Origin: Hyaloraphidium curvatum SAG 235-1
Taxonomy: Eukaryota; Fungi; Monoblepharomycota
Reading direction: 5' to 3'
Assembly: GCA_025558095.1 (NCBI GenBank)
Contig: JAIVFI010000014.1
Span: 558,001-622,000, forward strand
Length of the DNA stretch: 64,000 nt
The number at the start of each line of letters is the position of its first letter. The stretch's first letter is position 1. Under the pieces are notes generated by a model. The model was not told the DNA's origin. It saw only the letters and a list, made by a program, of their open reading frames with translations, and ran no database searches. Both the position numbers and the translations under genes were made by a program. Shown here in pieces: positions 1 through 11,837 of this stretch.

Positions 1-352
1 ACGGCATCGACGCGCAGGTGCGCGCGGGCCTGGACCTCAAGCGCCGCGGCAAGGGCACGCTGGCGCAAGTGGACGTGGTCCGACTGGACCGGGGACGGAA
101 CAAGTCCAACGGCCGCCTGAGGAACCGGGTGCAGCGGACGTACGAGATCGGCACGGTGTGGCCGGGGGACGTGATCGAGGTGCAGGTGGATCCGCGGGAC
201 AACGTGCACTGCGATACGTTGCGCGCACAGGTGGGTTTCGGCGCGGGCATCCGTTTCGGCGGCTGCGGGCGGCTTCTGACTTTGGCCCCGCGCAGTTTGT
301 CATCTTCAGCTCGAGCAAGCCCGAGGCCGTCGGGGCGGAGAAGGAAGATTAA
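1..352 (+). CDS. 3' end of a gene paralogous to the C-terminal domain of the GT4 at 11838-14972 (5'-truncated by window edge)
   Basis: RTYEIGTVWPGDVIEVQVDPRDNVHCD aligns with ATYELGRILPGDTVEVELSPNSSMDCD; intron 231-295 (GTGGGT..CTGAC..CAG); last exon FVIFSSSKPEAVGAEKED*. Confidence 0.75.
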   Translation, partial: RHRRAGARGPGPQAPRQGHAGASGRGPTGPGTEQVQRPPEEPGAADVRDRHGVAGGRDRGAGGSAGQRALRYVARTGGFRRGHPFRRLRAASDFGPAQFVIFSSSKPEAVGAEKED

Positions 353-934
353 TCTCTTGTCCTATGTATGCGCTCTGCACACCCGGTCCTGCTGACAAAC
401 CGTGGTTTTGCTTCGTGCTTTGCGTTGAGTCAGTTCGAGGGCCCTGGGTGCCTCGGAACGCAAGGGCTCGGGTGTTGTTTGGCTCCCCAAATCTTCAAAG
501 ACAAACCGGACAGACGGCCAGCTCCTTCCGAGCGAAGAATTTTGAGGTCCTGCGGGAGTTTTGCCAGGCAGCAGCGCCTTCCTGCGGCGCGCGGACCGGC
601 CGGAGCCTGTTACGGCACGGACAAACAGCGGTGCCCGCGTCGCCACAAGCCCCGCGGCTGCCGCACCCCGAATCCGCGCCGGACCACCCGCCGGCATTCG
701 GTCCCGTCTCTCGGAGGAGCATTTAGCTACCTGACAGCGACGGCGCCCCGTTCGGCACGGAAGCGAGCCGCTCGCGCTGGGGATGCTGTGCTGAGCGTCC
801 TAAACACACCACCACCCGGAGCCCGCGCCGCCCGACGAGCCGACAGGCCCGGGCCAGCAGTGCTCAACAACTCTCTACCACCGGCTGGCAGGTCTCCGGG
901 TCCACCGGACGCCTGCGGAACCGGACACACGGAC

Positions 935-3900
935 ATGGCCGACGGGGATTTTCCGCCCGAGGTTCACCCGCGGCGACGGGAGGGCCGGAGGACCGGCTCG
1001 CGGAGATGGCTCGGCCTTTCCAGCCTTGTATGCTTGTTTGCAGCAGCTCTTGCGGGTAGCGGGCTGCCGCGCGGGGCGGTGGCGTATCCGTCGGAGCTTC
1101 CCGAGGGATTCTTCTCGACTGACATCGTCAACAACCTGGGGTGAGATTTGGGCTCGGCTCCGACGCGTACCCGGCTTCTCGCCCTAATTCTGCGTTCTAG
1201 CACGTCCGTATCGGACTTTTGTGTCCTTGATGCCAACCGGGTCGTCGTCCTGCAGCGCATGGGGGTCATGCTGATGGTGCGTCCGCGTTGCGAGCACCTG
1301 TTTTACAGACAACCATATAACTTCTATTCGCTACCTGCGAACAGGTGAAGAACGGCGAGCTTATCTGGGATCCCGTGCTCGACCTGACGGACGTGCTCGG
1401 CGCTGCCCTTGGTGATCGCGGTTTGACATCCTGCACCCTCCACCCCGACTTCGCCGAGAACGGCTGGATATACCTGGGCTACGTCTTCGATGACAACCCT
1501 ACCAATCCTACAGGGACCAAAAAGAACCGCATCTCGCGCTTCACCATCGTGGGCGACAAGATTGACCGCGTGACCGAGCAGGTCATCCTTGGGTCCTGTG
1601 CGGTGCTGCGTGCGGGAGCCAACGATCCCCTCGAGGGAGACGGTCAGTAACATTGGTGTTGCAAGGGCGGTCTGTGGGCTCACGAAGCTACCTTCGCCAG
1701 ACTGCATGCCGACGTTTGGCATCACCCACAACATTGGCTGGCTCAACATCGGGCCCGACAACATGCTTTGGGCGGCCGTTGGGGAAGGCATTGCCTGGGA
1801 GGGTGAGGATTGGGTCAAGTCGGGCTTCCCGCAGAACTGGCTCGGTCCCATGGACCCCGACTACCTCAGTGGCAAGATCCTCAGGATGGACTGGGAGGGT
1901 GAGGACCCCGTGACGCGCCAGCAGACAGCCGGGCTTCAACTCGCGTTCCTTCAGGCAACGGTCTGCCGGACAACCCATGGTACGACGGGAAGCCGCTCTC
2001 GGCCAGGTCACGCGTGTGGGCCGTCGGTCTCCGGAACCCCTTCCGATGCAACCACGTTCCCAACAGCAACTCGTACGATCTGCTGTGAGTGCTCTCTCAC
2101 GTCTGCATCGCGAACAGTTCTGAAGTGGTGCGCAGCTGCGGGGTCGTCGGCTGGTTCACGACCGAGGCGATCCACGTTGTCAAGCGCGGTGCCAACCTCG
2201 GGTGGCCTTGGTCAGTGGAACGGAAGCTGCCTTAGCTTGCCAGGAGATTGACTGACGCAATTGATAGCTTCGAGGGAACAAAACCGCCGACTTTCTTTAA
2301 CCAGTTGACCGAGGGCTGCATGGTAAGCTGCTCCCGGTGCCGATGGTCGAGTGTGCACTAAGTTTAGCCATCAAGAACTTCTACGAAGGCAATTCTCCTT
2401 GGCCGGGGTTCGACCAGGGCTACATTGCCATGGAGTGGGACCACAACGGTGCCAGCGCCTGCGCAATGGGTGGCACTTTCATGACGGACAAGTACCCCGA
2501 AGCCTACCAGGGTTCTTACATCTACGGAGACTTTTCCCTCGAATGGATGTCGACCGTTGCTTGGGATGTCGCGAACAGCAAGCCGGCAGCCGCGCCCATT
2601 GCATTCGCCAAGACGACAGACGGACCAGTTGCCTTCAAAGTCGGCCCGGACGGATGGATCTGGTACTTGGCGCAGTGTGTAACCTGCGTAGGCGGCGGCG
2701 TTCTGCGTGCTATCACTTATGGCGAGGCTTGGACGCCGGCCTGGGGCACAACGTACACGCCCCCGCGTTGCGACCGGCCGTTGGACCTCGTTCTGCCCGC
2801 TCTGCCTCCGGGGTGGCAAACGGCCATGTACCTCAGCGACTTGCCCGCGAGCTACTTCACTCCGATCACCTCGAACGGGGAATGGAGGCCCGTGGCCAAC
2901 GGCACGAGAGCTGCCGGAGGGGACGGGCAGGCGGCACAGGGGCCTGTGTTCTACTCCAAGGATTCCTCGATCGGTACCGGAAACTTGGACGGCAGGCCGA
3001 TGAACATCGGCGGCCACCGCGTCCGCAAGGGTCTCGGTGTCCGAGCGGTCTCCAATATCGAGGTCGACCTCCAGGGTGCATGCTACGGCATGTACTTGAA
3101 AGGTGGGATAACAGAGAAAGGGCCTTGGGAGTGTCTGACATCCCGTTCACGCAGCGGGAATCGACGACGCTCGCGCGCCTGAGGGACACGGCGAGCTCGT
3201 TTTGTTCGCAGACAATAGGGTTCGCTGGAATAGCACGCGAGCCAACCGCGGCAAGTTCCTCAGCAGCGGAATGGCGCCGTTGACATTCGACATCGGGCAC
3301 GCCAGCGGCGTTGGCAACTTGCTCGGCGTCCGCAAGCTGCGCCTGTTTGCGAGGGCTCCCGTTGGATTCACCGCTGGTCCGGCTGATCAGATCGACTGGT
3401 GAGAGTGCGCGAGCACATACCGATGCACGGGACGCTCACTTCCAACCAGGGGCGAGATGAGGGTCTTCTGCGGGCCAGAGGCACCGTATGTGCCGAGGCT
3501 TTTCATCAACGCCCCCGAATCCGACTTGGTCGCGAAACCTGGCGAGCTCGTCTTCTTCACCGGTGGAGCCAAAGGTGCGTGGCATGTGCGACCGTCTTCC
3601 CCTTTGGCACTCATCGCATCCACGACTGCGCAGACTGGAAGGGCAACGCCATCCCCTGGCAGAACCTCGAGTGGACCGTCAACATCGTCCACGGCCAGGG
3701 CGGAGGGTCACACATCCACCCTGCCCTGTTCTACTTCCCCCAGACCGGATGGGGATCCTTCCAGGTCGAGCCGCACACCAACAACGCGCAGGAGTACTAT
3801 TACTTCGAGATCCGCCTCAACGCCTGCGATCCCAACTGCATCCGGTCATGCAACTTCGTGGTGGGTACGCTCTCCGCTTTGCGCATTACGCCGGTCTTAC

Positions 3901-3947
3901 CTGTGATTCATACCTCGCAGACGACCTATGTACGTGTACAGGGCTGA
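935..3947 (+). CDS. Secreted/membrane-anchored glucose/sorbosone dehydrogenase-like (PQQ-type beta-propeller) with NPCBM/NEW2 module; multi-exon
   Basis: N-terminal hydrophobic segment; motifs DRGLTSCTLHPDFAENGWIY, HNIGWLNIGPDNML, SGKILR, GLRNPFR, GANLGWP, YQGSYIYGDF, GPDGWIWY; NPCBM-like YLSDLP..KGLGVRAVSNIEVDL..GIDD; many short introns. Confidence 0.8.
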
Positions 3948-5832
3948 TACCATATGTGAAGATATCCGGGCATAATAGAGCACCTGGTCTGGTGGGACGG
4001 GTGTGTTCAAATCACAGTAGTACATCAAGCTGTCCTCGTCCTCGCTCCGGTAACCCCTTTGCTAGACGTCTACAAATCTTGCCGACGGATCACGATCGCA
4101 ACGGCGCGAAGGGCAGCATCCGGATTCCTGGGGAGCAGAATGAGCATCGGCGCTGCGGTCGCAATCAGGCATCTGCAGCCCACCGAGAACAGCCATGAGA
4201 AACCAGAAATCAGCCGGAGGTCCAGGAGGGTGGAGTGAGTAAGCAGCCTAGGCCCCGCGAGGAAGACACACCTTCGATCGCGCTGGTCCACCAGTTGGAG
4301 GCGAGGATCGAGAGCATCGAGCCGCTGGCGTTCGCGCTCCTCTGGTACTGCGGGGCTTTCTGAGAAGCAAAGCCCTCGATGAGTTATTCTGGCTTGAGCT
4401 CGCCGCCGAGGATCCAACTCACGGGCTCTGCCGCGGAACGAGAGGCGGTCGGGGTCCTTCGTCCGTTGACAGGAGTCTCCATGGCAATGCCGGACGCGAA
4501 CGATGGTAACGACTGGCCACCAAATCCGTCCAAAGACGCGATTCGAGGTGATGCTGGCCCGAACTGCGGCCCGGTGCACAGAGTCCGTGCCGAGAAGGCA
4601 AGCGGTGGCGTCCCTCCGTTCCCGTGCGTCAAAGGCCCCCGCGCGACGAGACAGGGATGACTTCGCGGTCTCAAGGATGAAGAAATCGTCCGCGATATTC
4701 CTCTGGATGCCGCAGCCGACATGCTGTGGACGCGTCCAACGGGCGGTTCGGGGTTGAGTGATGCATGGCGGCGGGTGCGCCTGAGTCTGTTTCCACCCTT
4801 CGTCGGACGATGGCAGCGGCAGGATTCGCGCGCGGCGCCGTCGCCGCAATGCACTTTGGCGGCCGCAGCTCCGCGCCGTGTCTCGCGCGGTCCGCGGCGG
4901 CGGGGCCCGCGGCGCGCGGCGGCCAGCTGCGTGGCGTCGCGTCGGCGCCGCTGCGGACGGCGGCGCCCGCATCCGCCTTCGCCGCCCCTGAATCGGACGC
5001 ATCCGGACGGCATCGACAAGGAGCAACGGTGGGAAGCGCTGCGTGCCGGCGGAGACGTCGGAGGCGCGTCGATTCACGGTCCCCTTCTGACACCGCGTCC
5101 TCGACATCAGCCGGCAAACGCGTCGACGAAGGCGAACGCGCCGTTTAGGAGCTTCAGCGAGACAGCCGCGTTGAGTCGGATGCCGACGCGCACGCAGGCT
5201 TCGCATCCGTCCGCGGCCTCCCTCCTGTCGAGCATCTGGCACCTCGGGGGACTCGCAGATGATGGTTAGTATATCATTCCAATCCAACGGCGCAGCCGTG
5301 CGGCGGTGCTTGGCACGTCGCGCCGCCTCTGCGCCGCCTTGCTCCGTGTTCTGGCAACACATTCACTTCCCTTTCATTTCCCTCGGTTTCGCCATCCACG
5401 CCACGCACGCAACAACCGCGACGTCTATTTTGATTTTGATTCCCTGCGGATTGCTGATATCTGCTGCCGCCTTCACCCGACGTCGATCTTGTGGATATGT
5501 AACGACGCGCCGACCTTTCACGAACCCCGCTCCGCGCCGACCTCTTTGCCACTACGGACTTCTGACGTACCCACGTGTACCATGTTCCGCGTCTCCGGAC
5601 ATCTGATGGCGGTGCCTGGTGCAACGTTGTGCTGGCCGCCTCGCTGGATTGGGACAAATGGATCATTGATTCATCCAACGGACCTCTGAATAAGGTTAGG
5701 CGGATGAAGCTCCCCAGCAAGCTGCTGTACATACATAGATGATGTAGCTCTTTCCATCCTCGCGGCCGATCTTGAAGCCGTCCGACCGACGAGGCATGCG
5801 CCTACGACGGCGACGGAACAAACAATTCAACA

Positions 5833-6643
5833 ATGACCTCCAAATCCGGGGCCCCCAAGGTCCCGAAGACCGCGCGGGAGAAGGAAGCTACCTCCCGACT
5901 CATCGTGGTCTTGAGTGCCGCGTCCCTCGAGTCCATTAAGCTGGGGAAGGGCAAGGAGGAGAGATACGCCCTGCTCAACTGCGACGACCACGTCGGCTAC
6001 CTGAAGAAGTTCAACAAGGATGCGGCGGACTACAGACCCGATATCACGCACCAGGTGCGGCTGACTGTCTGCTCCACTGTCCGTTGGCCGTGGTTTGACA
6101 CCTTGTGGTCGGCAGTGCCTCCTGGCTCTACTGGACAGTCCCCTCAACAAGGCGGGCCGACTGCAGGTCTATATCCACACCAAAAAGAACGTCCTCATCG
6201 AAGTCAACCCCCACATCCGAATACCGAGGACGTACAAGCGATTTGCAGGGCTCATGAGTGGGTCTCCTCCATGTTGCCGACTATCGGTCGCTCATGCTGC
6301 CTCCGAAGTCCAACTGCTACACAAGCTGTCCATTCGTTCGGTGAATTCGCCGGAGAAGCTCTTGAAGGTGATCAAGAACCCGGTGACGGACCACTTGCCG
6401 GCCAATTGCCGCAAGATCACCCTGTCGGGGGACGCCAAGGTGGTCCGGCTGTCGGAGTACCTGCCAACGATCCCGACGGACAACAGCGTGTGCTTCTTCA
6501 TCGGCGCTTTCGCGCACGGGCCGGACGACTTTGCCGACGGGATGGTGGACGAGAAGATTGGCATCTCGAACTACAACCTCTCCGCCGCGACGTCGTGTTC
6601 GAAGGTGTGCGAGGCGTTCGAGGAGCTTTGGGGCGTTCTATAG
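5833..6643 (+). CDS. EMG1: 18S rRNA pseudouridine N1-methyltransferase Nep1/Emg1
   Basis: [57 protein letters not shown]; two introns, the second (starting 6258) ending in AAG. Confidence 0.97.
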
Positions 6644-7047
6644 ATGGAGGATTGTCGTGTATGATACCCATTGCAAATGTACAGCCTCTTTCTTTTCGTC
6701 GGCGACGCGTCGAAGTGCGTGGCGGGGCAAAGAGGTCGATGTCGCGAGCCAACGGGACCGCATGCCCATGGATCAGGCGTCGGTTCTTGAGGACAGGCTT
6801 TCCATCTTCCGGCCATCTTCACGGGCCGCGCCAGAAACACGCGGCCCGACGACATCGAGGATGTCCGGCGAAAATCAACTTTGGCTGATCACATGCGTCG
6901 CCGCCGGAAGACAACCCCCCGATCCCCCGTCGAAGCTGCTGCCGGGGCGAAGCTAGAGGCCCGCCGAGACCCGATTATCCGCCCGAGAAAGATGTGGACT
7001 CTGTGACTGCGGCTTGGGAATCTGGACGCGGCGTTCGCTCTCCGGAA

Positions 7048-8348
7048 ATGAAGGCGAAGGAGGAAGGGGGGCGCCCCATCGCGGACGCTCTGGCGGACTT
7101 GTGGGGCGGTTCCGCATGGAAACCCGAATGGTCCAAATTCAATGTCCCTCCGGGCGTGCTCGAGAAGCTTCGGAATGTCGGCGACGGACCGGCCGACGAC
7201 CTCCTGGCGGACCTGGACCTGGAAAGCGGGCGGGACATACTGGATCTGATCGAAGAGGCGGCAACGAATGGAACATCAGATGCTGCAAAACAGTTCTGGC
7301 AGTCAGTACAGTCCGCTCCTGCATGGATTGATTGGGAGATTGTCGGTCGAGCGCAGGAAGACGTGTTCTGGCAGTTTGCCGGCCCCATGTTGATGCTGCT
7401 GCTTCACTTCTCGCTCATCGTGGGTGTTTCGGCTCCCAAGGTCAATCGAGTTCTTGTATCTACCGGCTATCTCACGAAGCCGGGGGAAAGGACCTTCAAG
7501 CGTCTGCTGGAAACGACGGCCTGGCTGGCGGCGATTATGGAGCCCGACGCTCTTCGACCCATGGGCTCCGGCTGGAAGGCGTGCCTGCGAGTACGTTTTC
7601 TCCATGCACACGTTCGCTTGAGGCTCCGCAAGCTGGCCCAGAAGCGTCCGGACCTTTACGACGAGGCTAGCTTTGGGGTGCCTATCAACCAGGAGGACAT
7701 GGCCGCGACGATACTTGCTTTCTCCGTAGGACCCATTGCCGGCCTGCAGAGAATGGGCTTGGCTGTCAGCGCAACGCAGGTGGGGCACAGATGGTGGGCT
7801 GGCATCCACACTGGAGATTTAACTCGGCTTTTCTCCAGCGGGAAGACTATTGCCACCTTTGGCGTTACGTTGCGTGGCTCATGGGAGTGCAGGACGTTTG
7901 CAATCCGTGCAACAGCTTTCCAAAAGCATCGGCGTGGGCGATGAGCATCGTCAGGCACATTTCGCAGCCCGATGAATCGTCTCGCCTCATTACGGATGCG
8001 CTTCTCAAGTCTTGCGCTGCGGCAGCCTACGCACGGGAACCGAAATACTCCGAAGACGCGTGGCTCGGGTTTCTTCACGAGCTGACGCGCATTGTCGTGG
8101 GAGACGAGTATGCCGTTGCTGTCGGGGTACCATTGCGCACGGATTTCTGGACCTCGTGGTCGGCATGGCTGCTTTGCAAGTACTACGTTGTTTCAGCTGG
8201 TTACTTGAGTTATTACTCCTCGCGGTGGAGAACATGGCGAGTTGAACGAGCCAAGCGGTATATCCCCAAGATGCTGGCCGAGATGCTCAACGGCATGCCT
8301 CGCTTCCTCCTGGAGCATTCTCCTGCTGCACGCAATTTGTCGTCCTAG
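7048..8348 (+). CDS. MpaB/rubber-oxygenase-like (DUF2236) heme protein
   Basis: PAWIDWE, VLVSTGYL, KRLLET, GWKACLRVRFLHAHVR, GVPINQEDMAAT, HLWRYVAWLMGV; intron from 7780; start codon uncertain. Confidence 0.88.
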
Positions 8349-8517
8349 ATTCCTCGGACTAGAATCGATTCCCTACGGCTTTCAGTATTCGTTCATCTCT
8401 TTTCATTAGCTAGACATCAGATTGTGAGCAGATATCAGGTCCATCTCATTGCACATTCGCCAGAAGAATCTCAATTGACAAAGACCGCACGGTATCGAGT
8501 CCATCCGCATCGCCACC

Positions 8518-9394
8518 CTACGTCTCGAGCCAATACTCCTTGCAGAGCGGCGACCCGTTCCGCATGACCAGCTTCGAACCCTCTGGGCATCGAAACACCT
8601 TCCTCATCTCGCACTGCACATACGCCTTGTTCTGCTGCTCCCCAGGCAGGAGAACATATGGCCAGGTATCGGATATCCTGAGCGCACCGAAGTGGTTAGA
8701 GTCGTGGGGGAATACGGAAAGCTGCACCTCACCTCGCGGACCAGCAATGGACCCAGTCCTTGCCCCAGCTCGCCCACTCGACGCAGCGCGAGTCAAAGAC
8801 CTCGAATTGACCGGAGTCCTCGAGAAAGGAATGGCATGTTTGGTTCGGCGGACAGCCCTGGTCGGTCCCTTCCCTGTTGCACCGCTGCCCAACAACCGTG
8901 GAGCCCTCCTTCTGGCTCCGCTGGCTGAAGTGGCGAAGCCCGCCATCCTGTCGAGCGGAGTCCGCACCAGACGACTCCGCTGCCGTGGCCGCACTGCACT
9001 GCAGGAGTAGTCCGAGAATCAAGGCGCCAAACACGAGTGTCCGCCACACGTAGCCATGTCTGGCCCGAGCAGGCGCGGAGCTCGAGCAAAGCTGCCCTCT
9101 CTGTACGCTTTCCGGGGGCTCAGACTGCAAGCCGCCGTGCACAACACTCCCGAGTCCAATGCTACCCGTTTGGGATGCAAACGAGCAAAATGAATGTTCC
9201 CGCACGCTGTCCGCGCAGACGAGCTCCGAGGCACGAAACGGCCCAAGGCACGAGCGCTTGTCCGCCGATGAATGGTTTGCAGGGGTATCTGCGGCCTTCC
9301 CGCGTCGAACAGCGCATTGTTGTGCTCCGACGCCCGGGTCGGCGGCGTCCTCCTCTGCCCGCAGATGCAGCCGGGCGGGGCGCGTTGCCCCCAT
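8518..9394 (-). CDS. Small Cys-rich secreted/membrane protein with CBM-like C-terminus; start uncertain
   Basis: Hydrophobic TLVFGALILGLLLQCSAA; intron 8678-8732 (GTGAG..CTAAC..CAG) joins two ORFs in frame; C-terminal YVQC..FRCPEGS..LC. Confidence 0.5.
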
Positions 9395-9629
9395 GAATCG
9401 AATCTGGGTATCTTCTAAACACCGGCACGGCCGTTTCCTCGGCGGTTGCGACGAAATGCTAGCGTGTGCGGACGTCCGAATCCGATTGTTTGCCAGATTG
9501 GGTCCCGCGCCGCGCCGGCCACGTCCGGACCCTTGCGGAGCGACCCCGACGAAAGGCCTCGCCGGTTGAGGGCGGGCCTGTACAGATGAGCCAAGAGATG
9601 CGATAAGACGGCGCTATCACGAAGTAGCC

Positions 9630-11150
9630 ATGGCCTGCTTCGTTTGTCGAAGGTGGGTGTTTGAACTTCTCCCCTCGTACCGCTGCTGACTCTCGCTCCG
9701 GGTGCCTCAATGGGCTTGCAGCAGGCGCTTCCGGCGCTGTGGATTCTTCGGGATGTTTTTCTTCATAATGGCGCTCTACGGTGTCACCGAGTTTCGGTAC
9801 CATTTCGACCGCTCGCCGCACCAGAGCGGCGACGGTGCGGGGGCGAGAGCGAGCTTCACGTTTTCCACGAGCTTTGACCTCAGCTTGTCGATGATCGACC
9901 GTAAAGCGGGCTCTGGTGGCGGTCGTTCCGGGAAGGACGATTCCGCCGTTCTGGGGAAGGACATGGAAGTGGTGGATGCGGACGACGAGGAAGATGACGA
10001 GACGGACGAGGAACTGGAGCCGCAACGCCAGCCGGAGAAGCCTCCTGGGAGTGCTGTGCTGCAGCGGCAGGACTCGGGTGGCGTGGACCGGCCGGCCCAA
10101 TTGGCGCCGCGAGAGGACGCCGCGGAGCCGGCGCCAAACGCCGTGGAACCTGCGCGCCCAAAGAGGAGGCTCACGATCATCCTGCATACCGGAGCCGCAT
10201 ACTACAACACGCGGCTGAAGTCCCAGCTTGACACCTGGCTGCGGGCCGACCAGTTGCCGAAAGGATTTGACTACCTCATCTACACAACGGACGATGTCCA
10301 GCCGGGCAAGGAATCCGTCATGTTCCGCGTCAACAACACGAAAAAGTTCTCCACGGAGGTCGAAGACTACATCGCCATGAACGAGCGGGTGCTGCAGAGC
10401 TTCGAGCACGCCCTGAACGTGAGCTTCTGGTTACGGGCTTTCGTGCAGGCTCTGCAGACACTGACGGAGCGCCGATTCACGATCTAGACGCACGACTCGG
10501 ATTTCTACATCAAAATTGACGACGATACCTACGTCAACACGACTCTTCTCGCCTCCTTGTTGAACGACCTGGACGCCAACCGGGTTCCCCGCTTCCTGGA
10601 CGCGAATCCGGACGACAACATCAACATGTACAATGCGCGCGTCGCCAAGCAGATCGAAAAGGTGGCCAAGTACGCCCAGCTCGTGACCAAACCCGGCGAG
10701 GGCCGCTACTACGGCGACTGCTCGTGCATCACGCACACGATGAAGATCCCGATCAAACCGCCACCGGACATTGATCTCGCGGGACTTTCTCCGCAACAGG
10801 TCGCGGATCGGACGTTGAAGCTCGGTCGCTGGAAGTACGCCTGCGGCGGACCCGGCTACCTGATCGACCGGATCGGGATGCAGAAACTCGTGGCCTTCGA
10901 ACGCCAGCACACTTGCCACCGTATCCTGGAGGACATTACCGTGGGACTCTGCATGGACTACATCGGCGTCGGATGCACGCACGTGGACTCGTTCATCAAC
11001 TACGAACGGATGGGTTCGAAGAAGCAGCGCGCGATGTTCCACGTCAAGCCTCAGAAGTTCCTGAGCCTCATCAAGAGGAGCGTCACTATTCACAAAGTGC
11101 TGCCGGCGAATATGTACGCGATCCACAAGATGCTGACGGGTCTGGAGTAG
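9630..11150 (+). CDS. GT31-family (Fringe/core-1 beta-1,3-galactosyltransferase-like) type II membrane glycosyltransferase
   Basis: TM anchor, acidic stem, DFYIKIDDDTYV (DxD), YACGGPGY, EDITVGLCM, VTIHKV; introns from 9653 (NAGNAG acceptor) and ~10419-10487. Confidence 0.85.
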
Positions 11151-11837
11151 TTTCTATGTCGTGTGATTCCTTTATCCTGTTGTTGCACAACGATACCCAC
11201 GGAGCAGCTTCCATCCATCAACAGACTGTCCTTTTCCGCGCATCCTGCGTTTCCTGCCGTGAGAAGCGGGTCTACCCGTTGTAGGTTTCATTGCGGGCTG
11301 ACCGGTTTGGGCAAACAGGGCGGGCGGGGTCCCGCTCGAAACGTCAAATCCGTTGCACCCTGTTCCGGGGCCTTTCCGTAGACATGGCGGGCCCGCAGAG
11401 TGCCTAGGTGCCACGGATAAGTTCCGGACAGAACCGCGGCGGCTCTGCACCGTGACCCGTGCCGCTACCGGTCCTGTGCCGGTGTCCGCACGGGCTCGGC
11501 AGCCACCACTCGACGCGGCCGCCCTCTCCGTTCGCCGCGAGATGCTTTGAGCGCCGTATTCTTCTATTTGGAGGCCACCGACGTAGCTTATTACTGATAC
11601 CGAAGCAACCCGGCGTGGGACAACCGCGAGCCAAACATTGGGAGCTCGCGACGCACTTCCGTCGGACTGCCCGCGTTGGACGCCCGGGGGTGCGCAACTC
11701 TTGATTTATCTGTTTCTGTCGGTCGCCTTGACTTGGAGCGGCCATGGCGCGGGACAACGATAAAGAGAAGGACTTTCGGCGACAGGTGAGCTTCGACTCG
11801 AGAGTCGCAGCGGCGTGTACTGAGCTCTCGCCCTCCG

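Noticed and set aside
4070-5732. Long overlapping ORFs (e.g. 430 aa minus) between the GSDH gene and EMG1
   Set aside because: Arg/Ala/Pro-rich GC artefact composition, no motifs and no consistent splice structure; a lineage-specific gene cannot be excluded
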